IMG/VR virus record: IMGVR_UViG_3300025875_000010
Coordinates: 13,292 to 77,291 of that record
Source of the DNA: a virus
Lineage: Duplodnaviria; Caudoviricetes
Reading direction: 5' to 3' (one strand)
Length of the DNA: 64,000 nucleotides
Position numbers and translations under genes: made by a program. The notes under the pieces were generated by a model. That model searched no databases. It had not been told where the DNA came from and saw nothing but the letters and a program-made list of their open reading frames with translations. This document shows, piece after piece, positions 30,053 through 39,664 of this stretch. Each line of letters begins with the position of its first letter. Positions within the stretch are counted from its first letter, which is position 1.

Positions 30053-33000
30053 TTATGAATAGGTCTTGCTATTAGTGTAGGCCACAACATTTGAGTTATT
30101 ATATGCTGTGAACTTTCTAGTAACAGCCGTTCCCGTATCAGTAATCTCAATAATGCTGTACTGCTCAACCGTTCCGCTAGATGGGCTTGGTCCCCAAGTC
30201 AATGTGTTAACCTTTTTCGAAGCACCCTGATGAAGAGGTGAAGAATGCATAACAGGAATACCAAGTGAATTGGTTCCATCGTCATATCCAACGGCGTGCA
30301 TATCACCAGCCAAAATTTCAACGTTCTTGCCGCTAGCCTTAATAAAGTTGGCTAGCTCAGTACGCTCTGTGTTGTAACTAGGCCACTCATCATCAGCATC
30401 AGAATAATTTGAGAATGGCTGATCATTTCCCCAAAAGATTAGAGGCTCCGTTGCAGCCGTAATCGTATTCTTAAACCAAGTCTTCTGCTCAGCACCCAAA
30501 ACAGTCTTTGAGCTATTGTCCGTAGCCGTTTGTACTGACTTGTAACTGCGGTTGTCGGTAACAATAAATCTAACTCTACCAATAACATACGTGTGATAGA
30601 TTCCACCAGTAGCCGATGGCAATGAGTAATGCGGTACGCGCTTACGATATGCAGACTGAGCATATGGCTTAACAGTCGCTCCGGTGCCGCCAGTTCCATA
30701 TGAATTGTTTGGACCGAAATCGTGATCACTCCACGTATAATCAAAAGCCATTTCCTTAAGCATTGGCCCAGAACCTGATGCGCTCAGCATTGTGTTAAAC
30801 TTATTGTGGTAATTAGTCTCAGATGCTGTTGCATTGTCCGCATAGTGAAAATCTCCAACAGACAAGAAGAAGAGTGGAGAGTGAGCCTTAATTCTACCAT
30901 AAGCTGCCGAAACACCATTTGCGTTGTCACATGAGGAAAAGGCAAACTTAAAGCTACTTGCGCCCTGAGGTGCTGTCCTCAAAGATTGAATCTTAGCTTT
31001 ATCAATACCGGACCCTAGCTGCATTGCATAGTAATACTTAGTATTAGGTGTTAAGCCTGTAATTGTAGACTTCACATAACCGGCGCTATCTGGTGTTGAG
31101 GTAGTGGCAGCTAGAATTGGATTAGACATATCCGCTGAGGTGCTGACAGCAAGCTTCGCGGAAGGAGCACCTGAAGCCGTAGCTGATGCAGTAAATCCTG
31201 TAGACGTTAAGCCACCAGCCCACATTGTAACAATTGAGCCCGTTGGGTTTCCTGTACTGGTCTGGTTATGATAAGGGTTGGTAACCCCTGTTGGTACCGG
31301 CCAACCGGTATGCCAGTGCCACAAATCTCTAATTTCTGTAGATGCATATTCCGTGGCAGAGGCACTTGTTTCATTGAATTGGTTATAGTTACCCACCTTT
31401 TGGTACCAACTTGAACTTCCAGTAGATACCAAAGCATTTGAAGTAGCTGCTGGTACATTCATATTATTGTAGTAAAATCTTGCTTCACCAGCAACTATTT
31501 CTAGCATGCCCTCAAACTCTGTATTAGGAACATAATTATCGGCAAATACTACAATCTGACTTCCATTAGCCCTACCGACCAAACGGCACGTTCCATCACC
31601 ATTGCTGGTTGTACGAATAGCAAGGCGCTCAGTGTCTCCATTATGAAGCTGAGCAATACATACCTCTGAATCATCCGGCGGAAGGTGTGTTACGCGCGCA
31701 CGGAAGTGTAGCTGATGAACACCACCATCTTTTGCATCGAAGCCCATGTTTGTCCCGTTCAAATCAAGCTCTCTCAATTCAGAGCGCGCGAAGCTAGAGC
31801 CTGATGTTGTTGGGCCGTCAGCCCTCGCCCAAAATTGCACTCTATTAATTCCACCACTATTAACAACCTTGAAGTAAGGATCTTCGTTGTAACCGGCGGC
31901 AATGTCAGCCTGAGTCTTTGTGACAAACGTACTTCCACCATTAGGTGCAACCTGAACAGAAAAATGATTTTTTCCAGGTGCTGTGCCAATATTCAAAACC
32001 GTAGCTGGTGTTCCCGTTGGTGTTGGAGCTGGATCAACGGGTGTGGTTGGTGTTGTCGTAATGGCCGGTGAATAAACAGACTCGATGGCCTTATTGAATA
32101 CCGTGGGCCAGCCCGTGTGCCAGTGCTCCAAATCTCTTACAATAACTCTAGAATATTCAGAAGGAAGATCCGATGTAGAGTTGCTTCTATTCTGAACACC
32201 AACCCTGAACGACCAAGAAGCTGATCCTGTAGAGAGCAAAGCTGTTGAAGTAATAATTGGATCTCTCATGCTACCGTAATAAATTCTAAGCTGTCCATCA
32301 ACAACTCGAATTGAAAACTCAAATTCTGCATTAAGAACCAGAGGGTCCATTAAGCGAGGTGTGACCAAAGAACCATTAATAAACGCTCCCAAAGATACCA
32401 CACCATTAGATAGATATGCTCTGATTGATGCTCGGTCTCCCGAACCATTATTAAGCTCTGCAATTACTGTCTCGGGGTTGTTAGGTGGAAGATGAACAAT
32501 TCTCATCTTACCTCGGATGTAATGTGTTCCTACAAATGGGTTAAAAGTATATACTGAGCCATTAGAATTAACTTCTTTTAACTCCGTTCCAGTGAAATTA
32601 GAACCGGGAAGCTTCGGACCATCCAGTCTAGCACTCATCTGAACACCTCTCGTTTCAGATGGTGCTAATCTATAGAAGTCTACACTAGACATTACTGGAC
32701 TTAAAAAGCCTAGAGCTTGACGAAGAAGGCCAACCTTTCTGGATACTACCGCATCCCTAGCCACGACAGACTTAGCTAGAAGTGCTAAATGATCAGACAT
32801 TAAGAAACAGTGCAAATCTGCAATATCTTCTGTTACATTATATCTTGCCCAATCGCTCATGTAACCGGCCGGGTGGTCACCAGTAAAGGATGCTCCAAAT
32901 GCAGAACCAGACGGGTTCTGTGCAGAAAAATTAGCCTGCATTGCAGCATCCCATACTGTATTAAGATAAATGGCAGCGTGCATGTACTCGTGATGGAACT

Positions 33001-34540
33001 GCTTTCTAAATACCCTATCTCCCCAACGAGAATCAAGAAAAATAGTTGTTGTTGCCGCAGACCAAATGCTTGCTCCTGGACTGTTCATGTAACTAACACC
33101 ATCAGTAATGGCTACTGTTGACAACGGTGTTGATTGGACTCCCGCTGATGGATACTTGGCAACTTCCTGCACAAGAGCGCCAACCCTATTCTTAATGGTT
33201 TCCAAATCAGTCAGTGCCGTCCAAGAAATATTTTCTACATTAGAGCCTGTGGCCGGAACGGTCACATTGAATCCATATGTTGCTTCAATTGGATCAAGAG
33301 CAGCTAGAACACCGTCTAAGCTGGTTGCCGCATTAACTGCCGAAATAATAGAAAATGTATTGTAGTACCTCTTAGCTGGTTCATGATACGAAGCATCAAA
33401 GTATGGAGATAATGCAAATCCCGCACTAACCTCAGAGCCTGTCTTGATAACGGGCGCACTTAAGCCATCTCTTGACATTGCCAATGAGAAGTGATTCATT
33501 CCATCCAATGGATCAAGATGTAGTAGCTGAGCTGGAGATGCAGAAATATGCTTGGCATGATCTACCGGACGAATTCTACCGTTGCCATAAATTCCCAAAA
33601 CCTGCAAGGGCACCATGGCACCATTTCGCCAAATATAAAAATCTGTTTCAGTTACAGTTCCACTTAATGAAGTCCGAATAGTTTGAGCCGCTGATTCTGC
33701 TGAGCGGTTTCCTGCGGCGTCCACAGCAGATACCGTGTAGCTATACGCAGTGTTGGCTGACAAACCAGTGTCAACGTAGGTCCTATTGGTTAGTGCTGGG
33801 GCAATAGTAACCCCGTTGCGCTGAACCCTATATGAAGCTACACCTACATTATCAGTGCTAGCATTCCATGAAATGCTAGTGCTAGTTGGATCGTTTGCAA
33901 ATAAAATAATTCCGGAAGGCACGGTTGGTGCGGTCGTATCAACCTCGGGGGCAGCGGAAAGATCGGTAGAAGCAAATCTGGCAATTCTTAAGCTGGGTGC
34001 TGTAGTTCCGCTGGAATAAACTCCCACGCCTCGCTGAGTGGCTGGCACTGCACCAGAAGCATCTTGAGCCTGAACAACTAGAACATCATTAACATAGCCA
34101 CGAAGGATAACGGCACTAGATGTTTCTTCAACTTCTAGCTTCATCTTTAATCCTTCGATCCTAGAATCGGTAGGAGTATTTCCACTTCCTAGCATGGTCA
34201 TCGTAGTGCTGTTGGCTTCCTTGCGACGAATGGAAAACGCTGTTCCCGTACTTCCAGTCAAAAAGAATCCATAAAAAGCTTCGGTATTAGAATTAGAAGT
34301 TCCCAATTCTGGGAGGCGAACACAAGGCCCAGTGAAGCTTCCACCGTAAGTGTTTCCCATCTGAAAAGCAGATGAATGATTTCCTGTAGCCATAACAACC
34401 GGTGCGCGCTCAACATATGTATTTGTACCGGGCGGAACTATCGCACCCGACTTAAGGAGCATGCGGCTAGAATAGCCAGTCCAACCGTTTCCAGGTGAAC
34501 TGGCGTCGCCCCTATCAAACTCGTCATTAAAAACTGTCAT
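30053..34540 (-). CDS. giant multi-enzyme protein: FN3 + two PL7-like lyase domains + HExxH peptidase insert + PhoD-like alkaline phosphatase
   Basis: RSELRE/AQLH/YQKVGNYNQ (PL7); HHEYMH; FSSC, GDFHYAD, WSDHDF, TDNRSY, GDMH (PhoD). Confidence 0.8.
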   Translation of the reverse strand: MTVFNDEFDRGDASSPGNGWTGYSSRMLLKSGAIVPPGTNTYVERAPVVMATGNHSSAFQMGNTYGGSFTGPCVRLPELGTSNSNTEAFYGFFLTGSTGTAFSIRRKEANSTTMTMLGSGNTPTDSRIEGLKMKLEVEETSSAVILRGYVNDVLVVQAQDASGAVPATQRGVGVYSSGTTAPSLRIARFASTDLSAAPEVDTTAPTVPSGIILFANDPTSTSISWNASTDNVGVASYRVQRNGVTIAPALTNRTYVDTGLSANTAYSYTVSAVDAAGNRSAESAAQTIRTSLSGTVTETDFYIWRNGAMVPLQVLGIYGNGRIRPVDHAKHISASPAQLLHLDPLDGMNHFSLAMSRDGLSAPVIKTGSEVSAGFALSPYFDASYHEPAKRYYNTFSIISAVNAATSLDGVLAALDPIEATYGFNVTVPATGSNVENISWTALTDLETIKNRVGALVQEVAKYPSAGVQSTPLSTVAITDGVSYMNSPGASIWSAATTTIFLDSRWGDRVFRKQFHHEYMHAAIYLNTVWDAAMQANFSAQNPSGSAFGASFTGDHPAGYMSDWARYNVTEDIADLHCFLMSDHLALLAKSVVARDAVVSRKVGLLRQALGFLSPVMSSVDFYRLAPSETRGVQMSARLDGPKLPGSNFTGTELKEVNSNGSVYTFNPFVGTHYIRGKMRIVHLPPNNPETVIAELNNGSGDRASIRAYLSNGVVSLGAFINGSLVTPRLMDPLVLNAEFEFSIRVVDGQLRIYYGSMRDPIITSTALLSTGSASWSFRVGVQNRSNSTSDLPSEYSRVIVRDLEHWHTGWPTVFNKAIESVYSPAITTTPTTPVDPAPTPTGTPATVLNIGTAPGKNHFSVQVAPNGGSTFVTKTQADIAAGYNEDPYFKVVNSGGINRVQFWARADGPTTSGSSFARSELRELDLNGTNMGFDAKDGGVHQLHFRARVTHLPPDDSEVCIAQLHNGDTERLAIRTTSNGDGTCRLVGRANGSQIVVFADNYVPNTEFEGMLEIVAGEARFYYNNMNVPAATSNALVSTGSSSWYQKVGNYNQFNETSASATEYASTEIRDLWHWHTGWPVPTGVTNPYHNQTSTGNPTGSIVTMWAGGLTSTGFTASATASGAPSAKLAVSTSADMSNPILAATTSTPDSAGYVKSTITGLTPNTKYYYAMQLGSGIDKAKIQSLRTAPQGASSFKFAFSSCDNANGVSAAYGRIKAHSPLFFLSVGDFHYADNATASETNYHNKFNTMLSASGSGPMLKEMAFDYTWSDHDFGPNNSYGTGGTGATVKPYAQSAYRKRVPHYSLPSATGGIYHTYVIGRVRFIVTDNRSYKSVQTATDNSSKTVLGAEQKTWFKNTITAATEPLIFWGNDQPFSNYSDADDEWPSYNTERTELANFIKASGKNVEILAGDMHAVGYDDGTNSLGIPVMHSSPLHQGASKKVNTLTWGPSPSSGTVEQYSIIEITDTGTAVTRKFTAYNNSNVVAYTNSKTYS

Positions 34541-36567
34541 TACGTCTCCTTAAAAATTATTGTGCCTTCTGGTGTTCCTGCTGGGGGAGAACTATCTGCT
34601 GGGCCTAGGACTACAAAACCATTTGAAGTTCCACTATTTCCTCCAACCTTCTTTCCGTCTACCGGCGAAGTCGGCTTGCCTAGCTTAATTCTCAAGTCCC
34701 CATCTGGATCGACCCATAAGTGATACTGACCAATCATAGGATGAACTGAGCTGTATTCGGACTGGAATGGTGGAACTACCGGAACCTTTACACCATTGAT
34801 CGTAATATATCCAAAGGAGTAAGTTACTGCATCGGACGGTGCCTGGATTGTAGCAGAGGCAGTTACAATATTTGATGACAATGTACCAGAAGTAACCCAC
34901 GCCCTAATCGTACGTGGAGTCGTCTCTTCCACTGAATTATACACATATGTTCCATTGGCTGAGGCCGTGTCATTGATTGTACCATCTCCCCAATCAACAT
35001 GATAAACCAAGGGAGTATTATTTGGATCGAACGATCCATCAAAACTGTAGGTAACCTCTAATGGGCCAACTCCTACTGTTGGAATTGGGCTTAAAATCTT
35101 AAAGGCCAATACCGGAGCACCATCAGGAGCAATAATAGTTCCTGTTGACTTGGTTGCCGTAGAAGTTAATCCATTGGCATCTGTTGTCGTAACACTAATA
35201 TCAAATGATCTAGCCACTGTAATAGGATAAGTGTGACTTGCGGTCTTGGTTGGTTCATTTACCTGCTGAACCGATGAACCATCACCCCAGTTAATCTTAT
35301 GGTTAGCCATAGCATTTGTACCGGCCGTTGATGTAACTGTAACGGTAGCGGTCTGTGCGTTTACGGAAACGTTAAAGTTCGCTACCGGAGGATTTATAGT
35401 GACAACCGGATCGGGAGTAGTGCCGCCGGGTGAGGTGACTGTTCCAGCAACCTTTCCCCAAGTGCCGTTTCCGCTAACTAACCAATCTCCCCATCGAGGG
35501 AGAAGTCTTCTAGCGTTGCGCTCTGACACCTGACTAGGAACCGGCCAATTAAGACCAGGGTATAGGTGATTAGCCACCCAAGGCTGAATGTGCATCCACT
35601 TATTGAATTCAGGTTCAGCGGGCAGCCATAGAGGCACATTCGATAGGTTCAGGTTGTCGCGCATGAAAAGAATGTTTCTCTTGATTGCTGAGTTTACCCA
35701 ACTAGCTGCGTCAGCATATCCTGCATTAACTAGAATTGGAATAAGAACTAGCGCACCATCGATGCACTCATACTGGTAGTGAATTCCGTCACCGGTTCTC
35801 AATGGTGGCCCCCCAGAACGGGATGCGTCTTCTACGTTTGCACCAGATAGAACCTTATTTGCAACCTCGGCATTAATTACACCCTGTGAGCTTGGGTAGG
35901 TTGCCACGTCCCAACCAGAATTGAAAGATCCAGTAGCAATGAAGGTATTTTGAATAGTAGTATCTCCCAACCAGCGCTTGTAGAATCTAATCATTTCATC
36001 CAGAGTTCCTTGTACCGTAGTAGGCGCTCCCGATGGAACACCGGCCAAAGTAGTGATGCCGTGCTTTTTTAAATACAGCAAAATGATGATAGAAGATACA
36101 CGAGCGCATGCTCCCCAGTTGTTACCCGAAGTCTTACCACATTTGTATAATGAATTCCAGTTGGCCTGACCTGGCATCGTTGCATGAATTGCATAACGCC
36201 CCCATTCTACCATCGTATTACGAGGGGCAGACTTTCCTGTGCTACGATGTGGGTCCATTCCTACAAGGTCGGCAGCCAAGAAGTAAACCCCCCAGGTGCG
36301 GTATGGATTTAACGGTTGATCGGTAGTAAGTTCAGTACCCATAGCCTCGATAATTTCAGATTCGACTTTAGCCTTGCCTAGACCGCCGCCGTCCTTGGAA
36401 TATCTGATTGCAATATCCAATACATTCTGAGGGTGCAATTGGTCAACAACACCCATGTTTGCTGCGCCCGGATCGGCATTAGACTTTGAGGCCAATGAGG
36501 TCCAAGCTCCACCGCTGGTTGGCAATGAAGCTAGCGTTGTTTCCTTATATAGTAGATAATCTGGCAT
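34540..36567 (-). CDS. putative polysaccharide lyase-like protein with PKD domains
   Basis: N-terminal NNW...IHYQY pattern; two PKD-like WGDG motifs; tailspike-like GQYHLWVDPDGDLRIKLGKPTS C-terminus. Confidence 0.55.
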   Translation of the reverse strand: MPDYLLYKETTLASLPTSGGAWTSLASKSNADPGAANMGVVDQLHPQNVLDIAIRYSKDGGGLGKAKVESEIIEAMGTELTTDQPLNPYRTWGVYFLAADLVGMDPHRSTGKSAPRNTMVEWGRYAIHATMPGQANWNSLYKCGKTSGNNWGACARVSSIIILLYLKKHGITTLAGVPSGAPTTVQGTLDEMIRFYKRWLGDTTIQNTFIATGSFNSGWDVATYPSSQGVINAEVANKVLSGANVEDASRSGGPPLRTGDGIHYQYECIDGALVLIPILVNAGYADAASWVNSAIKRNILFMRDNLNLSNVPLWLPAEPEFNKWMHIQPWVANHLYPGLNWPVPSQVSERNARRLLPRWGDWLVSGNGTWGKVAGTVTSPGGTTPDPVVTINPPVANFNVSVNAQTATVTVTSTAGTNAMANHKINWGDGSSVQQVNEPTKTASHTYPITVARSFDISVTTTDANGLTSTATKSTGTIIAPDGAPVLAFKILSPIPTVGVGPLEVTYSFDGSFDPNNTPLVYHVDWGDGTINDTASANGTYVYNSVEETTPRTIRAWVTSGTLSSNIVTASATIQAPSDAVTYSFGYITINGVKVPVVPPFQSEYSSVHPMIGQYHLWVDPDGDLRIKLGKPTSPVDGKKVGGNSGTSNGFVVLGPADSSPPAGTPEGTIIFKET

Positions 36568-36579
36568 CTGTCATTCTCC

Positions 36580-37362
36580 TTAAATTTCTGTTACTATCAT
36601 ATAAACTTGTGTTCCATCAGGTAGATTGGCTACGTCTGGATTAATTCCATAAACCGCGCCGCCACCCCCACCACCAGGCTGCGTTGACATTTCATCAATT
36701 CTCGAACTAAGAACATTTTGAATATTGTCAATGTAAATCTTTGGAGCCACTTGACGATCAGTTACAGGATCATTATCTATATGAATCTGACCAATGGTAA
36801 ACGTATTATCTGTGGCTCTTTTTACTAATGTTCCTCCACCGCTAACGCTAGTCGCAGCAGTCAAATCGGAATGGGTGTGATTACCTGCTGCCGCTGTCGC
36901 ACTTGTGGTACCCAAAACAACTGCCCCAATAATTGCTCTTACTGCCGGGGCATCTGCTGCGGTTAAAATACTTCTACCGGTTACAGACGAATCTGTAATG
37001 TTTGTTGAAATAACTGCTCCGGCTGATCCGGCATCACCGCGAGGAATAGTTAAATTGAGAGAGTAATTTGGAGCGCTGCCCGTTATGGTGGCTGTAGCAT
37101 TACTTCCCGGCGCTCCGGTAGAAACCGTACCGATTGTCATTGCTGCTGCTGGACCCGCAACTCCCGGATCACCCTTTGGAAGAACTAGATTAAGCGTTTG
37201 GTTTGGTGCCGTGCCAGTAATAGTTGCCGATGCACTTGCACCACCAGCGACTGTTCCTATTGTAAGAGTGTTTGAGAGACCATTTGGTCCTGGGTCTCCT
37301 CTAGGCCCTACTGGACCCGGAGCGCCTGGTAATTCTATTGTTATTACCTGCGCTGGCATCAA
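36580..37362 (-). CDS. collagen-like fibre protein
   Basis: GPVGPRGDPGP, LNLVLPKG, LNLTIPRG repeats; paralogous to 28791..30014. Confidence 0.7.
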   Translation of the reverse strand: MMPAQVITIELPGAPGPVGPRGDPGPNGLSNTLTIGTVAGGASASATITGTAPNQTLNLVLPKGDPGVAGPAAAMTIGTVSTGAPGSNATATITGSAPNYSLNLTIPRGDAGSAGAVISTNITDSSVTGRSILTAADAPAVRAIIGAVVLGTTSATAAAGNHTHSDLTAATSVSGGGTLVKRATDNTFTIGQIHIDNDPVTDRQVAPKIYIDNIQNVLSSRIDEMSTQPGGGGGGAVYGINPDVANLPDGTQVYMIVTEI

Positions 37363-37754
37363 TCATCAACCTCGCCATGAACAACTACGTCACCGGCCAA
37401 ATATGTCCTAGCATCACCGTTAGGTTCCACTATCTGAAAATTCCAGATGTAATCACCCGGTGGAATTGTCTTTGTAATTGAGGTTGGCATGTACAAATCT
37501 ACCTTATTGGTATCACGAATAGTACACGTGTAATTATACTGAATTGGGCCAGATAGCGATGCACTAATCATTGCTTCCGCAGTCAATCCATTCAGATTAA
37601 TAGGCTGTAGAACACCACTTGCGTCTTTGGCCTCCATGACAATTGTAAACTTTTGAGAGTCACCCTTCCAGATGGTCATGTTGTAGTTGCTTGGCAACTT
37701 TTGCATGCCAAAATTACCAGTGGGTACTTCCCCTGGAAAAATTACATCGGCCAT
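37359..37754 (-). CDS. BppU-like adaptor protein
   Basis: NMTIWKGDSQKFTI...YIWNFQI...RTYLAGDVVV pattern. Confidence 0.6.
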   Translation of the reverse strand: MADVIFPGEVPTGNFGMQKLPSNYNMTIWKGDSQKFTIVMEAKDASGVLQPINLNGLTAEAMISASLSGPIQYNYTCTIRDTNKVDLYMPTSITKTIPPGDYIWNFQIVEPNGDARTYLAGDVVVHGEVDD

Positions 37755-37764
37755 TTGCTCACTC

Positions 37765-38052
37765 CTACTGTATTCTTAAAATTCCGCGAGTTATCTCCCG
37801 GTCATCTAGATATAGTGTATAGTACATCACCGTAAATTCAAAATGAGTAGATTGCTCGGCAAGCACTCTCCACACTGCACCGGTCCTCAATCTTGAGAGG
37901 CCACCGTTCTTTACGGTAAACTCTCTGGCAAAAGAGCCTCTCTCCAAGATAACCTTAAAATCTCCATTGGGCAAGACGATAGATTTACCCTGTGCATTCT
38001 TGAAATTAAAGGTTTCCTCGAAGCTCTCGCCCTTTGTCAGAGTAAAATTCAT
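37765..38052 (-). CDS. BppU-like adaptor protein
   Basis: TLTKGESFEETF...ITRGILRIQ pattern, similar layout to neighbour. Confidence 0.5.
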   Translation of the reverse strand: MNFTLTKGESFEETFNFKNAQGKSIVLPNGDFKVILERGSFAREFTVKNGGLSRLRTGAVWRVLAEQSTHFEFTVMYYTLYLDDREITRGILRIQ

Positions 38053-38486
38053 TAGCCTGCGTAGAACTCTCTGAGTTCTCTTGGTGTAGCTACTCTGAAC
38101 CCGCCGTCTACCTCAACCAAATAATCTGCATCCTCTTCCTTTACAAGAGCATATGGGTGCTGACGATTGAACTTGTATCCTCGAATCTCATAAGAGAAGT
38201 TGGTACGGATCATCTTGACGACGACATATTCGTCCTCTTCCTCTTCCACGACCACCTCTTCTTCCACTGTTCCGGTAAAATCCTCAGGAATTAAAGCAAT
38301 TTCCTCTTCTTCTATTTCAGGCTCTAGAGTCTCCTCATACATAAGCCAAGTAACTCCCATCTCACCAAGCTCGGTAAGAATATCGGCCTTCTTTGTCTTG
38401 CCGTCCAAGTCAACTGCAAACTGCCTTGCAACCTCTTTTAGCTCAGGAATAGTTAATTCTTTAAAACTCTTATCTCCTAGTGCCAT
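38052..38486 (-). CDS. Rho-N/HeH-like domain protein, probable capsid-associated
   Basis: LTIPELKEVARQFAVDLDGKTKKADIL; own promoter TTGACT-17-TACAAT at ~38515-38543. Confidence 0.6.
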   Translation of the reverse strand: MALGDKSFKELTIPELKEVARQFAVDLDGKTKKADILTELGEMGVTWLMYEETLEPEIEEEEIALIPEDFTGTVEEEVVVEEEEDEYVVVKMIRTNFSYEIRGYKFNRQHPYALVKEEDADYLVEVDGGFRVATPRELREFYAG

Positions 38487-38552
38487 TTAAATCAAATCCT
38501 CTCTGTTGAACTTCATTGTATCTGGTGATCTGTTTTAAGTCAATTAAAGCCA

Positions 38553-38586
38553 GAAAGACCGGGAAGGTTTCCCCTCCCGGTCTTTC
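38553..38586 (-). terminator. terminator after major capsid gene
   Basis: 12-bp perfect stem GAAAGACCGGGA/TCCCGGTCTTTC. Confidence 0.75.
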
Positions 38587-38597
38587 ATGGACTGTTA

Positions 38598-39599
38598 TCA
38601 GGCTCCTGTACCGACTCCAATGTTACGGACGATTACGAATGCCTCAGTGTTCTCGATCTGAGTTCCTACACGGCAGAACATGGTGTACTCAATTGTGTCC
38701 TTCTTGGCTGCGTACTGGCGTACGACCTTGATTTCACGCTTGACTCCCCATAGAAGGTTCTGTGGGAAGGTTAGCCATAGCTCACCGTGGTCACCTGTAG
38801 CACCAGAGTAGCTTCCGTCCTGGGTCTCATCGAATAGTGGAACCTCCTGTAGAGGCACTCCGAATAGACGACCAGCGTTGAATCCAGCGGCTCCGTCAGG
38901 TACAACCTGTGCGTTAGTGTCTCCATAAGTTGCAAGATTAACGTCAAGCGTACGAGAGTAAAGCCAATCCTGAATCAAGTTGCTTCCTGCGAAGAACTTC
39001 AACTGTCCTCTGCGCTGCATGAACTTACGTGGCATTGCCTTAATTGCAGCGTTAGCTGCGGCAAGGTTAAGTGGCTCTCCACCGTTGTCAATGATGTGGG
39101 CTGCACCATCGGTTGTACCGTTGATAGCAAGCTTCCTCCAACCATCGAAGACCTTTAGGGTCTTGTCAGAGCTGGTGGTATCACCATTAATTGCCAAGTC
39201 CTCCAAGTCCATTCCGGCCTGAGTTGCCATTAGGCGCGCGATGTGATCCTCCAATGCCTCACCCTCAAGGTTGTCCTCAAGTGTTTCGGTTGAAAGCTCC
39301 CAGTCAAGACGTAGCTTGTGGGTACGCATGTTGATCTTAGAGAAGAATACACCCTGGTTTTCACCAGTGTCTACCGCCTCTACAGCACCACGTAGCAAGC
39401 GCTGTCCGACACCGATACGATCAATTTCCTGCTCAGTAGAGCGCATGCGGATTGTGCGAACCTGACCACCTAGGACTGTTGAGTCCCACATGTAGTCGAT
39501 GAACTGATTTGCCTGCTCCGGAGCCAAAAGGCCAGAGCCAGGTGGGGAACCAATCTCGGTAGAGACGATTACCTTTTCAAGTAGTTCGTTGTTGCTCAT
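38598..39599 (-). CDS. major capsid protein (HK97 fold)
   Basis: 333 aa; SGLLAPEQANQFID, DLEDLAINGD, RLFGVPLQEVP. Confidence 0.9.
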   Translation of the reverse strand: MSNNELLEKVIVSTEIGSPPGSGLLAPEQANQFIDYMWDSTVLGGQVRTIRMRSTEQEIDRIGVGQRLLRGAVEAVDTGENQGVFFSKINMRTHKLRLDWELSTETLEDNLEGEALEDHIARLMATQAGMDLEDLAINGDTTSSDKTLKVFDGWRKLAINGTTDGAAHIIDNGGEPLNLAAANAAIKAMPRKFMQRRGQLKFFAGSNLIQDWLYSRTLDVNLATYGDTNAQVVPDGAAGFNAGRLFGVPLQEVPLFDETQDGSYSGATGDHGELWLTFPQNLLWGVKREIKVVRQYAAKKDTIEYTMFCRVGTQIENTEAFVIVRNIGVGTGA

Positions 39600-39664
39600 A
39601 TTATATTTTCACCTCCCGAGTGAAATAAAGTATTTGGTATTACAAACTTACATGGTGCGTTGGA

